NCBI RefSeq assembly: GCF_003334305.1
Contig: NZ_QOWS01000005.1
Source of the DNA: Escherichia coli
GTDB taxonomy: Bacteria > Pseudomonadota > Gammaproteobacteria > Enterobacterales > Enterobacteriaceae
Length of the DNA: 64,000 nucleotides
Strand: one strand, 5' to 3'
Shown here: positions 48,791 through 63,491 of the stretch, piece after piece
Layout of the letters: every line of letters begins with the position of its first letter
Numbering within the stretch: position 1 is the first letter of the stretch
Made by a program: the position numbers and the translations under genes
Notes under the pieces: model-generated
Database searches by the model: none
Seen by the model: the letters and a program-made list of their open reading frames with translations, nothing else
Told to the model about the DNA's origin: nothing

Positions 48791-50104
48791 ATGGCCTCAT
48801 TCGAACGTGGAATGGAACGTTTTCTTGTTCCAGTTGCTATCAAGTTAAACTCACAAAAACATGTTGCAGCGGTGAGAGATGGATTCGTTTTTACGTTTCC
48901 AATTATCATGGCAAGTTCATTAATTATATTAATTAACTTTGCCATATTATCGCCAGACGGTTTTATTGCCGGATTACTGCATCTGAATAGCATTTTCCCC
49001 AACCTTGAAAAAGCACAAGCTATTTTTACTCCGGTAATGAATGGTTCTGTAAATATCATGTCAATTATGATTGCTTTCCTGGTCGCCAGGAATATGGCGA
49101 TTAGCTATGAGCAAGATGATCTTTTATGCGGATTAACGGCAATAGGAGCATTTTTTATTGTTTATACGCCATATCAGATGATAGATGGGCAAGCATTCCT
49201 GACGACCAAATATCTCGGCGCGCAGGGGTTGTTTGTTGCTGTTATCGTTGCATTGATCACCAGTGAAATATTTTGTCGCTTAGCTCGAAACCCAAAAATC
49301 ACCATAACGATGCCGGCAGCTGTACCGCCTGCGGTAGCGCGTTCATTTAAAGTTTTATTGCCAATATTTTTTGTCATGGTGTTCTTTTCCGCACTTAATT
49401 ATTGCCTGACACTGATATCCCCGGCAGGACTAAACGATCTTATTTACACATTAATCCAGACGCCGCTCAAACATATGGGAACGAATATCTTTGCGGTAAT
49501 TATCCTGGGGGCTGTGGGTAATTTCCTGTGGGTGCTGGGGATCCACGGACCTAATACCACATCGGCAATTCGAGAAACCGTTTTTTCTGAGGCTAATCTG
49601 GAGAATCTCTCCTGGGCCGCTCAACATGGCACTACCTGGGGCGCGCCATATCCGATTACCTGGACTTCTATTAATGATGCATTCGCCAACTGCGGCGGTT
49701 CAGGTATGACGTTGGGGTTATTGTTGGCTATTTTTATCGCTTCTAAGCGTGCGGAATACCGTGATCTGGCAAAAATGTCATTTATCCCCGGTATTTTCAA
49801 TATCAATGAACCGATAATGTTTGGCCTTCCTATTGTACTTAACCCCATCATGATGGTGCCGTTTATTATGGTTCCCATTGTTAACTGTGCCATTGGTTAC
49901 TTCTTTGTTTCGATGGAAATTATTCCACCGGTTGCTTATGCCGTGCCCTGGACTACGCCCGGACCTTTAATTGCTTTCCTCGGAACCGGGGGGAACTGGC
50001 TGGCTTTACTGGTTGGTTTTTTATGTTTAGGTGTGGCGACAATGATCTATTTACCTTTTGTTATTGCCGCCAACAAAGTCAATAACATGACAACTAACGG
50101 ATAA
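48791..50104 (+). CDS. PTS lactose/cellobiose-family IIC permease
   Basis: Polytopic ORF; the track start at 48743 is TTG, so start placed at the ATG giving MASFERGMERFLVPVAIK; alternative ATG at 48782. Confidence 0.8.
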   Translation: MASFERGMERFLVPVAIKLNSQKHVAAVRDGFVFTFPIIMASSLIILINFAILSPDGFIAGLLHLNSIFPNLEKAQAIFTPVMNGSVNIMSIMIAFLVARNMAISYEQDDLLCGLTAIGAFFIVYTPYQMIDGQAFLTTKYLGAQGLFVAVIVALITSEIFCRLARNPKITITMPAAVPPAVARSFKVLLPIFFVMVFFSALNYCLTLISPAGLNDLIYTLIQTPLKHMGTNIFAVIILGAVGNFLWVLGIHGPNTTSAIRETVFSEANLENLSWAAQHGTTWGAPYPITWTSINDAFANCGGSGMTLGLLLAIFIASKRAEYRDLAKMSFIPGIFNINEPIMFGLPIVLNPIMMVPFIMVPIVNCAIGYFFVSMEIIPPVAYAVPWTTPGPLIAFLGTGGNWLALLVGFLCLGVATMIYLPFVIAANKVNNMTTNG

Positions 50105-50131
50105 TTCCATTTACCCAGGAAGGAGATTGTG

Positions 50132-50443
50132 ATGTTTGCAGATGAAGAACTTGTTATGGAGTTACTGGTCAACGCGGGGCAGGCACGTTCTGACGCGATG
50201 GAAGCCATACGTTGTGCCGGGCAAAAAGACTGGCAGGGCGCAACTCAGCTAATGGCCAGTTCTGAATCTGCCTGTCTTCAGGCACATAAGATTCAGACCG
50301 CATTAATTAGTCAGGATGAAGGCTGTGGCAAAATAAAAGTTAATTTAATTCTGATTCATGCACAGGATCATTTGATGAATGCAATATTATGCCAGGATTT
50401 AGCCAGGGAAATTATTTCATTAAGAAAAGAACTCCATGCCTGA
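50132..50443 (+). CDS. PTS lactose/cellobiose-family IIA component
   Basis: About 103 aa helical ORF; SD aggag 6 nt upstream of the ATG; track start is GTG one codon earlier. Confidence 0.75.
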   Translation: MFADEELVMELLVNAGQARSDAMEAIRCAGQKDWQGATQLMASSESACLQAHKIQTALISQDEGCGKIKVNLILIHAQDHLMNAILCQDLAREIISLRKELHA

Positions 50444-50495
50444 TTTTTTCCTCCAGTGCGATAGCTGGAGGAAATTATTATACTCTTAAGGATAA

Positions 50496-53636
<3,141 letters not shown>

Positions 53637-53661
53637 GACTTGAGGAAGATATTACGGAGAT

Positions 53662-53687
53662 GTCAGGCTCTGTGATCAGAGCCTGAC
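53662..53687. terminator. Hairpin between the GH1 gene and marB
   Basis: Inverted repeat gtcaggctctg/cagagcctgac with tgat loop. Confidence 0.55.
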
Positions 53688-53692
53688 AATAA

Positions 53693-53911
53693 CTACATAG
53701 CGTGTTGATTATAATAGGGCACGCCGAGCGCATCCGACTTATCACTGCCAGTACCCATGTGATTTAAATCAAACGGTGGTTGTTCCTGCGATGGGGGAAC
53801 AACCACGACATTGGCACAAGAAGTAACAACTGGCTGCGTGGTTTGTTCCGCAACGCCCTGCGCGGAAAAGAGAATAAGCGCAGCTGCTATTGCGGATGAA
53901 AGTGGTTTCAT
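53693..53911 (-). CDS. marB: Multiple antibiotic resistance protein MarB
   Basis: 72 aa ORF MKPLSSAIAAALILFSAQGVA. Confidence 0.9.
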   Translation of the reverse strand: MKPLSSAIAAALILFSAQGVAEQTTQPVVTSCANVVVVPPSQEQPPFDLNHMGTGSDKSDALGVPYYNQHAM

Positions 53912-53942
53912 GATTGCCTCAGTGACGTTGTCACGTTATCAA

Positions 53943-54326
53943 CTAGCTGTTGTAATGATTTAATGGATGTAAAAAGCGCGATTCGCCCTGCATATTGGTC
54001 ATCCGGTATTTATGCGGCGGAACATCAAAGTAATTTTTGAAGGTTCGGGTCAGAGTTTGTTGCGACTCGAAGCCATATCGTTCTGCCAGATAGAGTATCG
54101 GCTCGTTACTTTCCTTCAGCTTTTGCGCGATTTCCGTCATCTTACGGCTGCGGATGTATTGGCCTAATGAATGACCGGTTTCTTTTTTAAACATCCGTTG
54201 CAGGTGCCATTTAGAGTAACCTGAACGCTCTGACACTTTCTCCAGTGACAGTGGCGATTCCAGGTTGTCCTCGATCCAGTCCAAAATGCTATGAATGGTA
54301 ATAGCGTCAGTATTGCGTCTGGACAT
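53943..54326 (-). CDS. marA: AraC-family transcriptional activator MarA
   Basis: ORF 53943..54377 trimmed to [21 protein letters not shown] giving 127 aa. Confidence 0.95.
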
Positions 54327-54345
54327 CGTCATACCTCTTTTTTGT

Positions 54346-54780
54346 TTACGGCAGGACTTTCTTAAGCAAATGCTCAAGTGTTGCCACTTCGTCCGCCGTC
54401 AGGTTTTTTGTTAATTCTTGGTGCAGGTCCTGGCCAACTAATTGATGGCATTGTTCACATATTGCCGCGCCGCTGGTGGTAAGTTTTACCAGTACGCCGC
54501 GCTTATCATTCGGGTTCGGCAACCTTTCAACCCAGCCTTTACAGACCAGGCGATCCAGCATACGGGTGAGTGCTCCCAGGTCGACCGACAACACTTTTTT
54601 CAGTTCAACCGGAGTAATACACGCCGCGCAGCGGATAGAGCAGAGCACCTTAAACTGTGCCGCGGTAATATCCAGCGGAGACAGATACTCGTTAAGCAGA
54701 CGATCTTTCTTCTGATTAACCATATGGATTAAGCGACCCAATGGAATAATTTCATTGAACAGATCGCTGGTACTTTTCAC
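54346..54780 (-). CDS. marR: Transcriptional repressor MarR
   Basis: 144 aa ORF with GTG start, [17 protein letters not shown]. Confidence 0.95.
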
Positions 54781-54785
54781 ATTAG

Positions 54786-54797
54786 TTGCCCTGGCAA
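54786..54797 (-). promoter_or_regulatory. MarR operator site II (palindrome TTGCC-N2-GGCAA)
   Basis: ttgccctggcaa immediately upstream of marR start. Confidence 0.7.
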
Positions 54798-54814
54798 GTA
54801 ATTAGTTGCAGGGG

Positions 54815-54843
54815 ATAATATTGCCCAGGCAAGTATAAGTCAA
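54815..54843 (-). promoter_or_regulatory. marRAB promoter (-35 TTGACT, 17-bp spacer, -10 TATTAT) containing MarR operator site I
   Basis: Minus strand reads ttgact-N17-tattat; the spacer contains the palindrome ttgcccaggcaa (54821..54832). Confidence 0.7.
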
Positions 54844-54859
54844 ATAAATGAATTGACCG

Positions 54860-54879
54860 ATGCCACGTTTTGCTAAATC
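54860..54879 (-). promoter_or_regulatory. marbox (MarA/SoxS/Rob site) of the mar promoter
   Basis: Minus strand reads gatttagcaaaacgtggcat, the mar marbox as recalled. Confidence 0.75.
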
Positions 54880-54991
54880 GGTTCAAGTTTTGGTCAATGC
54901 GATGCAAGGTTAGCTAAAGAGTGACACTTTATCCTTGTTTACCCCTTATACTTTTCGCTGATAACCCAGATACACAGGATAACAACCACCA

Positions 54992-55657
54992 ATGTTAGAT
55001 TTGTTTAAAGCAATTGGCCTGGGGCTGGTGGTGTTACTGCCGTTAGCTAACCCATTAACAACTGTCGCGTTATTTCTTGGCCTGGCAGGCAACATGAACA
55101 GTGCCGAACGTAATCGTCAGTCGTTGATGGCCTCGGTGTACGTATTTGCCATCATGATGGTGGCGTATTACGCCGGGCAACTGGTGATGGATACATTTGG
55201 CATTTCGATTCCCGGTCTGCGAATTGCAGGCGGCTTAATCGTCGCGTTTATCGGTTTTCGGATGCTCTTTCCGCAACAGAAAGCGATTGATTCACCGGAG
55301 GCGAAAAGCAAGTCGGAAGAGCTGGAAGATGAACCCAGTGCCAATATTGCCTTTGTGCCGCTAGCAATGCCAAGTACCGCTGGTCCGGGAACCATAGCGA
55401 TGATTATTAGCTCGGCGTCCACAGTGCGTCAGAGTTCAACCTTCGCTGATTGGGTACTGATGGTTGCGCCGCCGCTGATCTTTTTCCTGGTGGCGGTTAT
55501 TTTGTGGGGAAGCCTACGCAGCTCCGGCGCAATTATGCGGCTGGTGGGCAAGGGTGGCATTGAAGCGATCTCCCGTCTGATGGGATTCCTGCTGGTATGT
55601 ATGGGTGTGCAGTTTATTATTAACGGCATCCTGGAAATCATTAAAACGTACCATTAA
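54992..55657 (+). CDS. marC: Inner membrane protein MarC
   Basis: 221 aa polytopic ORF divergent from marRAB. Confidence 0.9.
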   Translation: MLDLFKAIGLGLVVLLPLANPLTTVALFLGLAGNMNSAERNRQSLMASVYVFAIMMVAYYAGQLVMDTFGISIPGLRIAGGLIVAFIGFRMLFPQQKAIDSPEAKSKSEELEDEPSANIAFVPLAMPSTAGPGTIAMIISSASTVRQSSTFADWVLMVAPPLIFFLVAVILWGSLRSSGAIMRLVGKGGIEAISRLMGFLLVCMGVQFIINGILEIIKTYH

Positions 55658-55681
55658 AAAAGGCCCGAATGGGCCTTTCAA

Positions 55682-56872
55682 CTATTGCGTCTGTTCTTCG
55701 AGTGTCACTGGCCAGCGGCGAAATATAATGATTGACCAAATTAACGCGGCAAAAGCAGGCACCGCGCCCACATAACCAATCATCGACATTGACCAGTGCA
55801 AACTCACCTGATTACCTACCAACGCACCCGCCCCGATTCCAATATTAAATATGCCGGAGAATAGCGCCATCGCGACGTCGGTAGCATCTGGTGCCAGCGC
55901 CAGCACTTTAACCTGCATACCAAGCCCGATGATCATCATCGCGATCCCCCAGAAAATACTCAGCACCCCGAGGTGTATTTCACTGTTCGCCGCAGGTAAC
56001 AGCAATGCCAGGCACACCAGCAACAGCGCAATCGCCGTACTCACCAACGCAGACGCATACTGATTACCCAGTTTACCGAAAATCACGCTGCCAATAATGC
56101 CCGCACCACCGAGTAATAACAGTAATGCCGTGGCAAAGTTGGCGCTGAATCCCGCAATGTTTTGTACAAAAGGCTCGATATAGCTGTATGCCGTGTAATG
56201 GGCGGTGACAACCACCACAGTTAACAAATAAATGCTCATCAATGCCGGGCGGCGGAACAATAGCGGGAGGCTTTTCAATGAACCGGAATGCTCACTGGGC
56301 AGTAAGGGAAGTAACTTAATCAGGCACAAAAGGGTGATAAGCGCCCCAATACCAATCGCGAAGAAGGTCATTCGCCAACCGAAATACTGGCCCACAATGC
56401 GCCCGAGAGGTAAACCTAAGACCATCGCCAGTGCTGTACCGGTGGCAATTAAACTCAATGCCTGTGCTCGCTTCCCGGCCGGAGCCATACGGATCGCCAG
56501 AGACGCCGTAATCGACCAGAAAATCGCATGTGCAAAAGCCACACCAATGCGACTGATCACCAGAACGGTAAAGCTCCACGACAAAAACGACAGTACGTGG
56601 CTGGCAATAAACACCACAAACAGGCAGATCAGTAATTTGCGCCGTTCAACCTGACTGGTCATTAACATAAAAGGCAATGACATTAGCGCTACTACCCATG
56701 CGTAAATGGTCAACATGATGCCGACCTGAGCGGTTTGCATGTGAAAACTTTGCGCAATGTCAGAGAGCAGGCCAACAGGGACAAATTCGGTGGTGTTGAA
56801 GATGAAGGCGGCGACTGCCAGCGTAACGACCCGTAGCCACGCCACTTTGCGGGAAACAGTGTTTGTTGTCAT
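55682..56872 (-). CDS. sotB: MFS sugar efflux transporter SotB (YdeA)
   Basis: 396 aa 12-TM ORF. Confidence 0.85.
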
Positions 56873-57021
56873 AACAGATTATCGGGTGAGTTGCGAAAAA
56901 GTGATGAAATGATCTTAAAACGGTTAATGATGTGAATACAATGCATTTGTGATCTGGATCGCGTTTTCCGTTTCTCTGACGCTGATTCTTTCACGCGTCA
57001 GAGAGTCGGTAACATCACGGT

Positions 57022-58137
57022 TTAATGACGTTCAGGGAGGTCTGGCGTTTTGGAGGTTGCGGGTATAGGTGGTCTGACAGGGGAGCGAGGCCTGTTTTTC
57101 ACCAGGTCTTCGTGAGTAACTTTTGGCGGCGTTTCATTTTTTACAAAAAGTTTGAGGGTCCTGCGCGCCATATGTTTGATAATTTTATCATCACTTAATG
57201 ATGCTGGCATCAACACGTCATTCAAATCACTTTCATTGGGATTCATAAATTGGTGATAGTGCAATAACATATTGGCGAAAAATAAAAACAAGTCCTGAAA
57301 ATGAGGAGATTCTTGTTCTGCTAAAAGGGATAAAAAGCAGATGCAGACTTCGGGTAGTACATGTTTGTTAGAACCTAATGAATCCATCAGGCTTTGCAAT
57401 AAATCCTCTTTTAATTCGCTGTCCGTTATGTCGAGAATGGCGGTGTTCAAGTTAGGATCTTTATTGACGAACCATCTGTGAACCTCAGAGTTATTCCATA
57501 ATCGGGGGAGTATGACAAAATTACCGCGAGAGATAAAATTCAGGACAAGCAAATCAAACTGGCGTAAGTAATCTGCAGCGGTATGGTGATCCGGAGGCAG
57601 GGGTTCAATATGTGGTGTATGCGCTCTTTTGATGGGAGCGCCAGGGTTGATCATCGGAAATTGTTCAATAAAATCATTCAGAAACAGAAAGGGCACACGC
57701 TCGACGCCGGTCTGAAATACGCGCCCCATAGTGACAGGCTTTGGGTTGGGAGCGCAAAAAATATTAATTTCTCCATCATGGCGAAAATTATCTAAATAAA
57801 TAGGGCTTAAATTTATTACTACCTGAAATTCAATATTTTCTTTGTGTCTTCCATTCTTGACGGGATAAGTGAGTTTAAACTGAACCTTTTCATTGTATAG
57901 CGTGTCGTTACCCCGGAAAGAAGTCCTCTGAATATATGATAAGTTATCAAGGTTATTAAATATCTTTTTTGTGGCTGAGTTGATGTTTAAAGACGTGCGC
58001 CACTCTTCATCACATATTATGGTACTGAGTGCATCAATAAAATCCTTTAAAACTTCTTTTACCTGAGGTGCAATATTACGAGCGGGAAAATCATCAGGAA
58101 GAGATATATAATTGCTGATGCTTACTGGCGTAACCAT
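57022..58137 (-). CDS. yneK: Uncharacterised protein YneK
   Basis: 371 aa ORF at the conserved position. Confidence 0.8.
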   Translation of the reverse strand: MVTPVSISNYISLPDDFPARNIAPQVKEVLKDFIDALSTIICDEEWRTSLNINSATKKIFNNLDNLSYIQRTSFRGNDTLYNEKVQFKLTYPVKNGRHKENIEFQVVINLSPIYLDNFRHDGEINIFCAPNPKPVTMGRVFQTGVERVPFLFLNDFIEQFPMINPGAPIKRAHTPHIEPLPPDHHTAADYLRQFDLLVLNFISRGNFVILPRLWNNSEVHRWFVNKDPNLNTAILDITDSELKEDLLQSLMDSLGSNKHVLPEVCICFLSLLAEQESPHFQDLFLFFANMLLHYHQFMNPNESDLNDVLMPASLSDDKIIKHMARRTLKLFVKNETPPKVTHEDLVKNRPRSPVRPPIPATSKTPDLPERH

Positions 58138-58214
58138 ATTTGCCCCATATAGTCATAAGTCATCGGAACATCACTATATAGGGCATTTGAGCTGCAAGAA
58201 CTATCAAAAATAGC

Positions 58215-59096
58215 TCATTGGTAACCCTGTTTTGCCGAGTCAGGCACATCCAGTAGTTGAATAAATGCCTCAAGCGGACGCGTTTTCGCACCACGACGCC
58301 AGACCAGCCAGGTTGTTAACCAACGCCATTGCTCAGCTAACGGCCACGCTTCAACCTGGTGATGCCCCGGCATACTTTCCAGCATAGAGCGTGGAATAAG
58401 CGCAATGCCTGCTCCTGCGACCACACAGGCCAACATCCCGTGATACGACTCCATCTCGTGAATAGTTCCCGGAGCGGCACCGTCAGCATGAAACCAGCTC
58501 TCGAAGTGGCGACGATACGAACAATTGGCGCGGAAGGCATAAATGTTACTGCCGTTAACCTGACTGGCGCGGATTACTGGCGCATGACCTTGTGGCGTGA
58601 CGATCATCAGCTCCTCGCGGTATACCGGTATCCCGTCAATGGCAGTATGGTTAATGGGCCCATCAATAAATGCCGCATTCAGTTTTCCCTCCAGCACTCC
58701 TTCCAGCATAGTGCCGGAAGGGCCGGTGGAAAGTGAAAACTGAATTTTGGGATAACGATGGTTGAATTCCGCCAGCGTGGCCGGAATGCGCACTGCTGCG
58801 GTGCTTTCCAGCGAACCAAGAGAAAATAAACCTTGCGGCTCATCGCCAGCGACAACGCTCCGCGCTTCATCCACTAACGCGAGAATTTGTTGGCTATAGC
58901 GTAAAAAGTTATGCCCGGCAGGAGAGAGACGTAAACGCTGATTCTCGCGAATAAACAGATCTACCCCCAGTTCTGTTTCCAGCTGGCGTAGACGGGTAGT
59001 GAGATTCGACGGCACGCGATGCACTATTGCTGCTGCCTGGGTTATGCTGCCAGCTTCGGCAACCGCGTTGAACATCTCCAGTTGTGTCAGATCCAT
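58215..59096 (-). CDS. yneJ: LysR-family transcriptional regulator YneJ
   Basis: 293 aa ORF with N-terminal HTH; divergent from sad. Confidence 0.85.
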   Translation of the reverse strand: MDLTQLEMFNAVAEAGSITQAAAIVHRVPSNLTTRLRQLETELGVDLFIRENQRLRLSPAGHNFLRYSQQILALVDEARSVVAGDEPQGLFSLGSLESTAAVRIPATLAEFNHRYPKIQFSLSTGPSGTMLEGVLEGKLNAAFIDGPINHTAIDGIPVYREELMIVTPQGHAPVIRASQVNGSNIYAFRANCSYRRHFESWFHADGAAPGTIHEMESYHGMLACVVAGAGIALIPRSMLESMPGHHQVEAWPLAEQWRWLTTWLVWRRGAKTRPLEAFIQLLDVPDSAKQGYQ

Positions 59097-59196
59097 AATA
59101 TTCTCGATTCGTGAATAAGTGGCTTAATATTATTCATTTTAAAGCAAGAGTAAATCTGCGTATCTTCATACCATGACTCATAAAGGAGATACCCCG

Positions 59197-60585
59197 ATGA
59201 CCATTACTCCGGCAACTCATGCAATTTCAATAAATCCTGCCACGGGTGAACAACTTTCTGTGCTGCCGTGGGCTGGCGCTAACGATATCGAAAACGCACT
59301 TCAGCTGGCGGCAGCAGGCTTTCGCGACTGGCGCGAGACAAATATAGATTATCGTGCTGAAAAACTGCGTGGTATCGGTAAGGCTCTGCGCGCCCGTAGC
59401 GAAGAAATGGCGCAAATGATCACCCGTGAAATGGGCAAACCAATCAATCAGGCGCGCGCTGAAGTGGCGAAATCGGCGAATTTGTGTGACTGGTATGCAG
59501 AACATGGTCCGGCAATGCTGAAGGCGGAACCTACGCTGGTGGAAAATCAGCAGGCAGTTATTGAGTATCGACCGTTGGGGACGATTCTGGCGATTATGCC
59601 GTGGAACTTTCCGTTATGGCAGGTGATGCGTGGCGCGGTTCCCATCATTCTTGCAGGTAACGGCTACTTACTTAAACATGCGCCGAATGTGATGGGCTGT
59701 GCTCAGCTCATTGCCCAGGTGTTTAAAGATGCGGGAATCCCGCAAGGCGTATATGGCTGGCTGAATGCCGACAACGACGGTGTCAGTCAAATGATTAAAG
59801 ATTCGCGCATTGCTGCTGTCACGGTGACCGGAAGTGTTCGTGCGGGAGCGGCTATTGGCGCACAGGCTGGAGCGGCACTGAAAAAATGCGTACTGGAACT
59901 GGGCGGTTCGGATCCATTTATTGTGCTTAACGATGCCGATCTGGAACTGGCGGTTAAAGCGGCGGTAGCCGGACGTTATCAGAATACCGGACAGGTTTGT
60001 GCAGCGGCAAAACGCTTTATTATCGAAGAGGGAATTGCTTCTGCATTTACCGAACGTTTTGTGGCAGCTGCGGCAGCCTTGAAAATGGGCGATCCCCGTG
60101 ATGAAGAGAACGCTCTCGGACCAATGGCTCGTTTTGATTTACGTGATGAGCTGCATCATCAGGTGGAGAAAACCCTGGCGCAGGGTGCGCGTTTGTTACT
60201 GGGCGGGGAAAAGATGGCTGGGGCAGGTAACTACTATCCGCCAACGGTTCTGGCGAATGTTACCCCAGAAATGACCGCGTTTCGGGAAGAAATGTTTGGC
60301 CCTGTTGCGGCAATCACCGTTGCGAAAGATGCAGAACATGCGCTGGAACTGGCTAATGATAGTGAGTTCGGCCTTTCAGCGACCATTTTTACCACCGACG
60401 AAACACAGGCCAGACAGATGGCGGCACGTCTGGAATGCGGTGGGGTGTTTATCAATGGTTATTGTGCCAGCGACGCGCGAGTGGCCTTTGGTGGCGTGAA
60501 AAAGAGTGGCTTTGGTCGTGAGCTTTCCCATTTCGGCTTACACGAATTCTGTAATATCCAGACGGTGTGGAAAGACCGGATCTGA
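59197..60585 (+). CDS. sad: Succinate-semialdehyde dehydrogenase Sad (YneI)
   Basis: ORF 59173..60585 trimmed to [14 protein letters not shown] giving 462 aa; aldehyde dehydrogenase family. Confidence 0.9.
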   Translation: MTITPATHAISINPATGEQLSVLPWAGANDIENALQLAAAGFRDWRETNIDYRAEKLRGIGKALRARSEEMAQMITREMGKPINQARAEVAKSANLCDWYAEHGPAMLKAEPTLVENQQAVIEYRPLGTILAIMPWNFPLWQVMRGAVPIILAGNGYLLKHAPNVMGCAQLIAQVFKDAGIPQGVYGWLNADNDGVSQMIKDSRIAAVTVTGSVRAGAAIGAQAGAALKKCVLELGGSDPFIVLNDADLELAVKAAVAGRYQNTGQVCAAAKRFIIEEGIASAFTERFVAAAAALKMGDPRDEENALGPMARFDLRDELHHQVEKTLAQGARLLLGGEKMAGAGNYYPPTVLANVTPEMTAFREEMFGPVAAITVAKDAEHALELANDSEFGLSATIFTTDETQARQMAARLECGGVFINGYCASDARVAFGGVKKSGFGRELSHFGLHEFCNIQTVWKDRI

Positions 60586-60648
60586 CGCGACATATTCAGC
60601 TCTGATATACTCGCAGGTCTTTTCAGACCTGCGGTCCAGGAGTAGAAA

Positions 60649-61575
60649 GTGGCAGTCGCCATGGATAATGCAATTTTAGAAAACATCTTGCGGCAAGTGC
60701 GGCCGCTCATTGGTCAGGGTAAAGTCGCGGATTATATTCCGGCGCTGGCTACAGTAGACGGTTCCCGATTGGGCATTGCTATCTGTACCGTTGACGGACA
60801 GCTTTTTCAGGCCGGAGACGCGCAAGAACGTTTTTCCATTCAGTCTATTTCCAAAGTGCTGAGTCTCGTTGTCGCCATGCGTCATTACTCCGAAGAGGAA
60901 ATCTGGCAACGCGTCGGCAAAGATCCGTCTGGATCACCGTTCAATTCTTTAGTGCAACTGGAAATGGAGCAGGGTATTCCGCGTAATCCGTTTATTAATG
61001 CTGGTGCGCTGGTGGTTTGCGATATGTTGCAAGGGCGATTAAGCGCACCACGGCAACGTATGCTGGAAGTCGTGCGCGGCTTAAGCGGTGTGTCTGATAT
61101 TTCATACAATACGGTGGTAGCGCGTTCCGAATTTGAACATTCCGCGCGAAATGCGGCTATCGCCTGGCTGATGAAGTCGTTTGGCAATTTCCATCATGAT
61201 GTGACAACCGTTCTGCAAAACTACTTTCATTACTGCGCTCTGAAAATGAGCTGTGTAGAGCTGGCCCGGACGTTTGTCTTTCTGGCTAATCAGGGGAAAG
61301 CTATTCATATTGATGAACCTGTGGTGACGCCAATGCAGGCGCGGCAAATTAACGCGCTGATGGCGACCAGTGGTATGTACCAGAACGCGGGGGAGTTTGC
61401 CTGGCGGGTGGGGCTACCGGCGAAATCTGGCGTTGGTGGCGGTATTGTGGCGATTGTTCCGCATGAAATGGCCATCGCTGTCTGGAGTCCGGAACTGGAT
61501 GATGCAGGTAACTCGCTTGCGGGTATTGCCGTCCTTGAACAATTGACGAAACAGTTAGGGCGTTCGGTTTATTAA
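60649..61575 (+). CDS. glsB: Glutaminase 2 GlsB (YneH)
   Basis: 308 aa [19 protein letters not shown]. Confidence 0.9.
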   Translation: MAVAMDNAILENILRQVRPLIGQGKVADYIPALATVDGSRLGIAICTVDGQLFQAGDAQERFSIQSISKVLSLVVAMRHYSEEEIWQRVGKDPSGSPFNSLVQLEMEQGIPRNPFINAGALVVCDMLQGRLSAPRQRMLEVVRGLSGVSDISYNTVVARSEFEHSARNAAIAWLMKSFGNFHHDVTTVLQNYFHYCALKMSCVELARTFVFLANQGKAIHIDEPVVTPMQARQINALMATSGMYQNAGEFAWRVGLPAKSGVGGGIVAIVPHEMAIAVWSPELDDAGNSLAGIAVLEQLTKQLGRSVY

Positions 61576-61934
61576 TGCAGTCTCTCGATCCACTCTTCGC
61601 GCGTTTATCCCGTTCAAAATTTCGCTCTCGCTTTCGTCTGGGCATGAAAGAGCGTCAGTATTGCCTGGAGAAAGGCGCGCCAGTCATCGAACAACATGCG
61701 GCGGATTTTGTCGCTAAACGTCTTGCTCCGGCATTACCGGCTAATGACGGTAAGCAAACCCCCATGCGCGGGCATCCGGTGTTTATCGCTCAGCACGCCA
61801 CCGCGACCTGCTGTCGCGGTTGTCTGGCTAAGTGGCATAACATTCCGCAGGGTGTTTCGTTAAGCGAAGAACAACAACGTTATATCGTGGCGGTAATCTA
61901 TCACTGGCTGGTTGTACAGATGAATCAGCCATGA
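61575..61934 (+). CDS. yneG: Uncharacterised protein YneG
   Basis: 119 aa ORF; its ATG overlaps the glsB stop (TAATG). Confidence 0.8.
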   Translation: MQSLDPLFARLSRSKFRSRFRLGMKERQYCLEKGAPVIEQHAADFVAKRLAPALPANDGKQTPMRGHPVFIAQHATATCCRGCLAKWHNIPQGVSLSEEQQRYIVAVIYHWLVVQMNQP

Positions 61935-62072
61935 GAATTGCGGAAAACGATAAAATAGCATTCCCAGGGTACCTTTATTTGCCGCCGCTGTTAGCGAACA
62001 TGCTATCCTTTATGAGAATTTACTTATTACGTTGAGATAATTGCCACCCGCAATTGTATGGACAGATAATTA

Positions 62073-63491
62073 ATGCATGTACACCCCATTTCAACTTTCC
62101 GTTTGTTCCAGGAAGGTCATCTGCTACGTAATAGCATCGCTATTTTTGCGCTAACCACGCTGTTCTATTTTATTGGTGCAGAGTTACGGCTGGTTCACGA
62201 ACTTTCTCTTTTCTGGCCGCTGAATGGCGTAATGGCGGGGGTGTTTGCCCGCTATGTCTGGCTTAATCGACTGCATTACTATGCGATCAGTTATGTGGCG
62301 ATGCTGGTTTATGATGCCATAACCACCGAATGGGGACTGGTTTCACTGGTTATCAATTTCTCCAATATGATGTTTATTGTTACCGTCGCCTTACTGGTCG
62401 TGCGGGATAAGCGTCTGGGGAAAAATAAGTATGAGCCAGTAAGTGCCTTACGGCTATTTAATTACTGTCTCATTGCCGCATTATTATGCGCTATTGTCGG
62501 GGCGATTGGTTCGGTCAGTATTGATAGTCTGGATTTCTGGCCTTTGCTTGCGGACTGGTTCAGTGAGCAATTCTCAACGGGCGTTTTGATCGTGCCTTGT
62601 ATGCTGACGTTGGCTATTCCTGGAGTGCTGCCGCGCTTTAAAGCAGAACAGATGATGCCCGCCATCGCGCTTATTGTGTCGGTTATTGCCTCGGTAGTCA
62701 TTGGCGGAGCGGGGAGTCTGGCGTTCCCGCTGCCTGCATTAATCTGGTGTGCAGTGCGCTATACGCCGCAGGTAACATGTCTGTTGACCTTTGTCACCGG
62801 TGCGGTGGAAATCGTACTGGTGGCAAATTCGGTGATTGATATCTCGGTCGGTTCGCCGTTCTCCATTCCGGAAATGTTCTCCGCACGTCTCGGTATTGCC
62901 ACGATGGCGATATGCCCAATTATGGTTTCTTTTAGCGTGGCAGCGATCAATTCGCTAATGAAGCAAGTTGCGCTGCGAGCCGACTTTGATTTTCTGACTC
63001 AGGTTTACTCACGGTCCGGTCTTTATGAGGCGCTGAAAAGTCCATCGCTGAAACAGACACAACATCTGACGGTCATGCTGCTTGATATTGACTATTTCAA
63101 AAGCATTAACGATAACTATGGACATGAATGTGGCGATAAAGTGTTAAGCGTGTTTGCCCGGCATATTCAGAAGATTGTCGGTGATAAGGGGCTGGTGGCG
63201 CGCATGGGCGGCGAAGAATTTGCTGTTGCAGTGCCGTCGGTGAATCCTGTCGATGGTCTGCTAATGGCGGAAAAAATCCGTAAAGGCGTTGAACTGCAAC
63301 CATTCACCTGGCAACAAAAAACGCTTTATCTCACGGTAAGTATTGGCGTCGGTAGTGGTCGCGCATCGTACCGAACGCTGACCGATGATTTTAATAAATT
63401 GATGGTCGAAGCCGATACGTGTCTGTATCGCTCGAAGAAAGATGGGCGCAACCGTACCAGCACTATGCGTTACGGTGAGGAAGTTGTCTGA
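62073..63491 (+). CDS. dgcF: Membrane-anchored diguanylate cyclase DgcF (YneF)
   Basis: 472 aa ORF; hydrophobic N-terminal region and C-terminal GGDEF domain with RMGGEEF; the true start may be internal. Confidence 0.75.
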   Translation: MHVHPISTFRLFQEGHLLRNSIAIFALTTLFYFIGAELRLVHELSLFWPLNGVMAGVFARYVWLNRLHYYAISYVAMLVYDAITTEWGLVSLVINFSNMMFIVTVALLVVRDKRLGKNKYEPVSALRLFNYCLIAALLCAIVGAIGSVSIDSLDFWPLLADWFSEQFSTGVLIVPCMLTLAIPGVLPRFKAEQMMPAIALIVSVIASVVIGGAGSLAFPLPALIWCAVRYTPQVTCLLTFVTGAVEIVLVANSVIDISVGSPFSIPEMFSARLGIATMAICPIMVSFSVAAINSLMKQVALRADFDFLTQVYSRSGLYEALKSPSLKQTQHLTVMLLDIDYFKSINDNYGHECGDKVLSVFARHIQKIVGDKGLVARMGGEEFAVAVPSVNPVDGLLMAEKIRKGVELQPFTWQQKTLYLTVSIGVGSGRASYRTLTDDFNKLMVEADTCLYRSKKDGRNRTSTMRYGEEVV

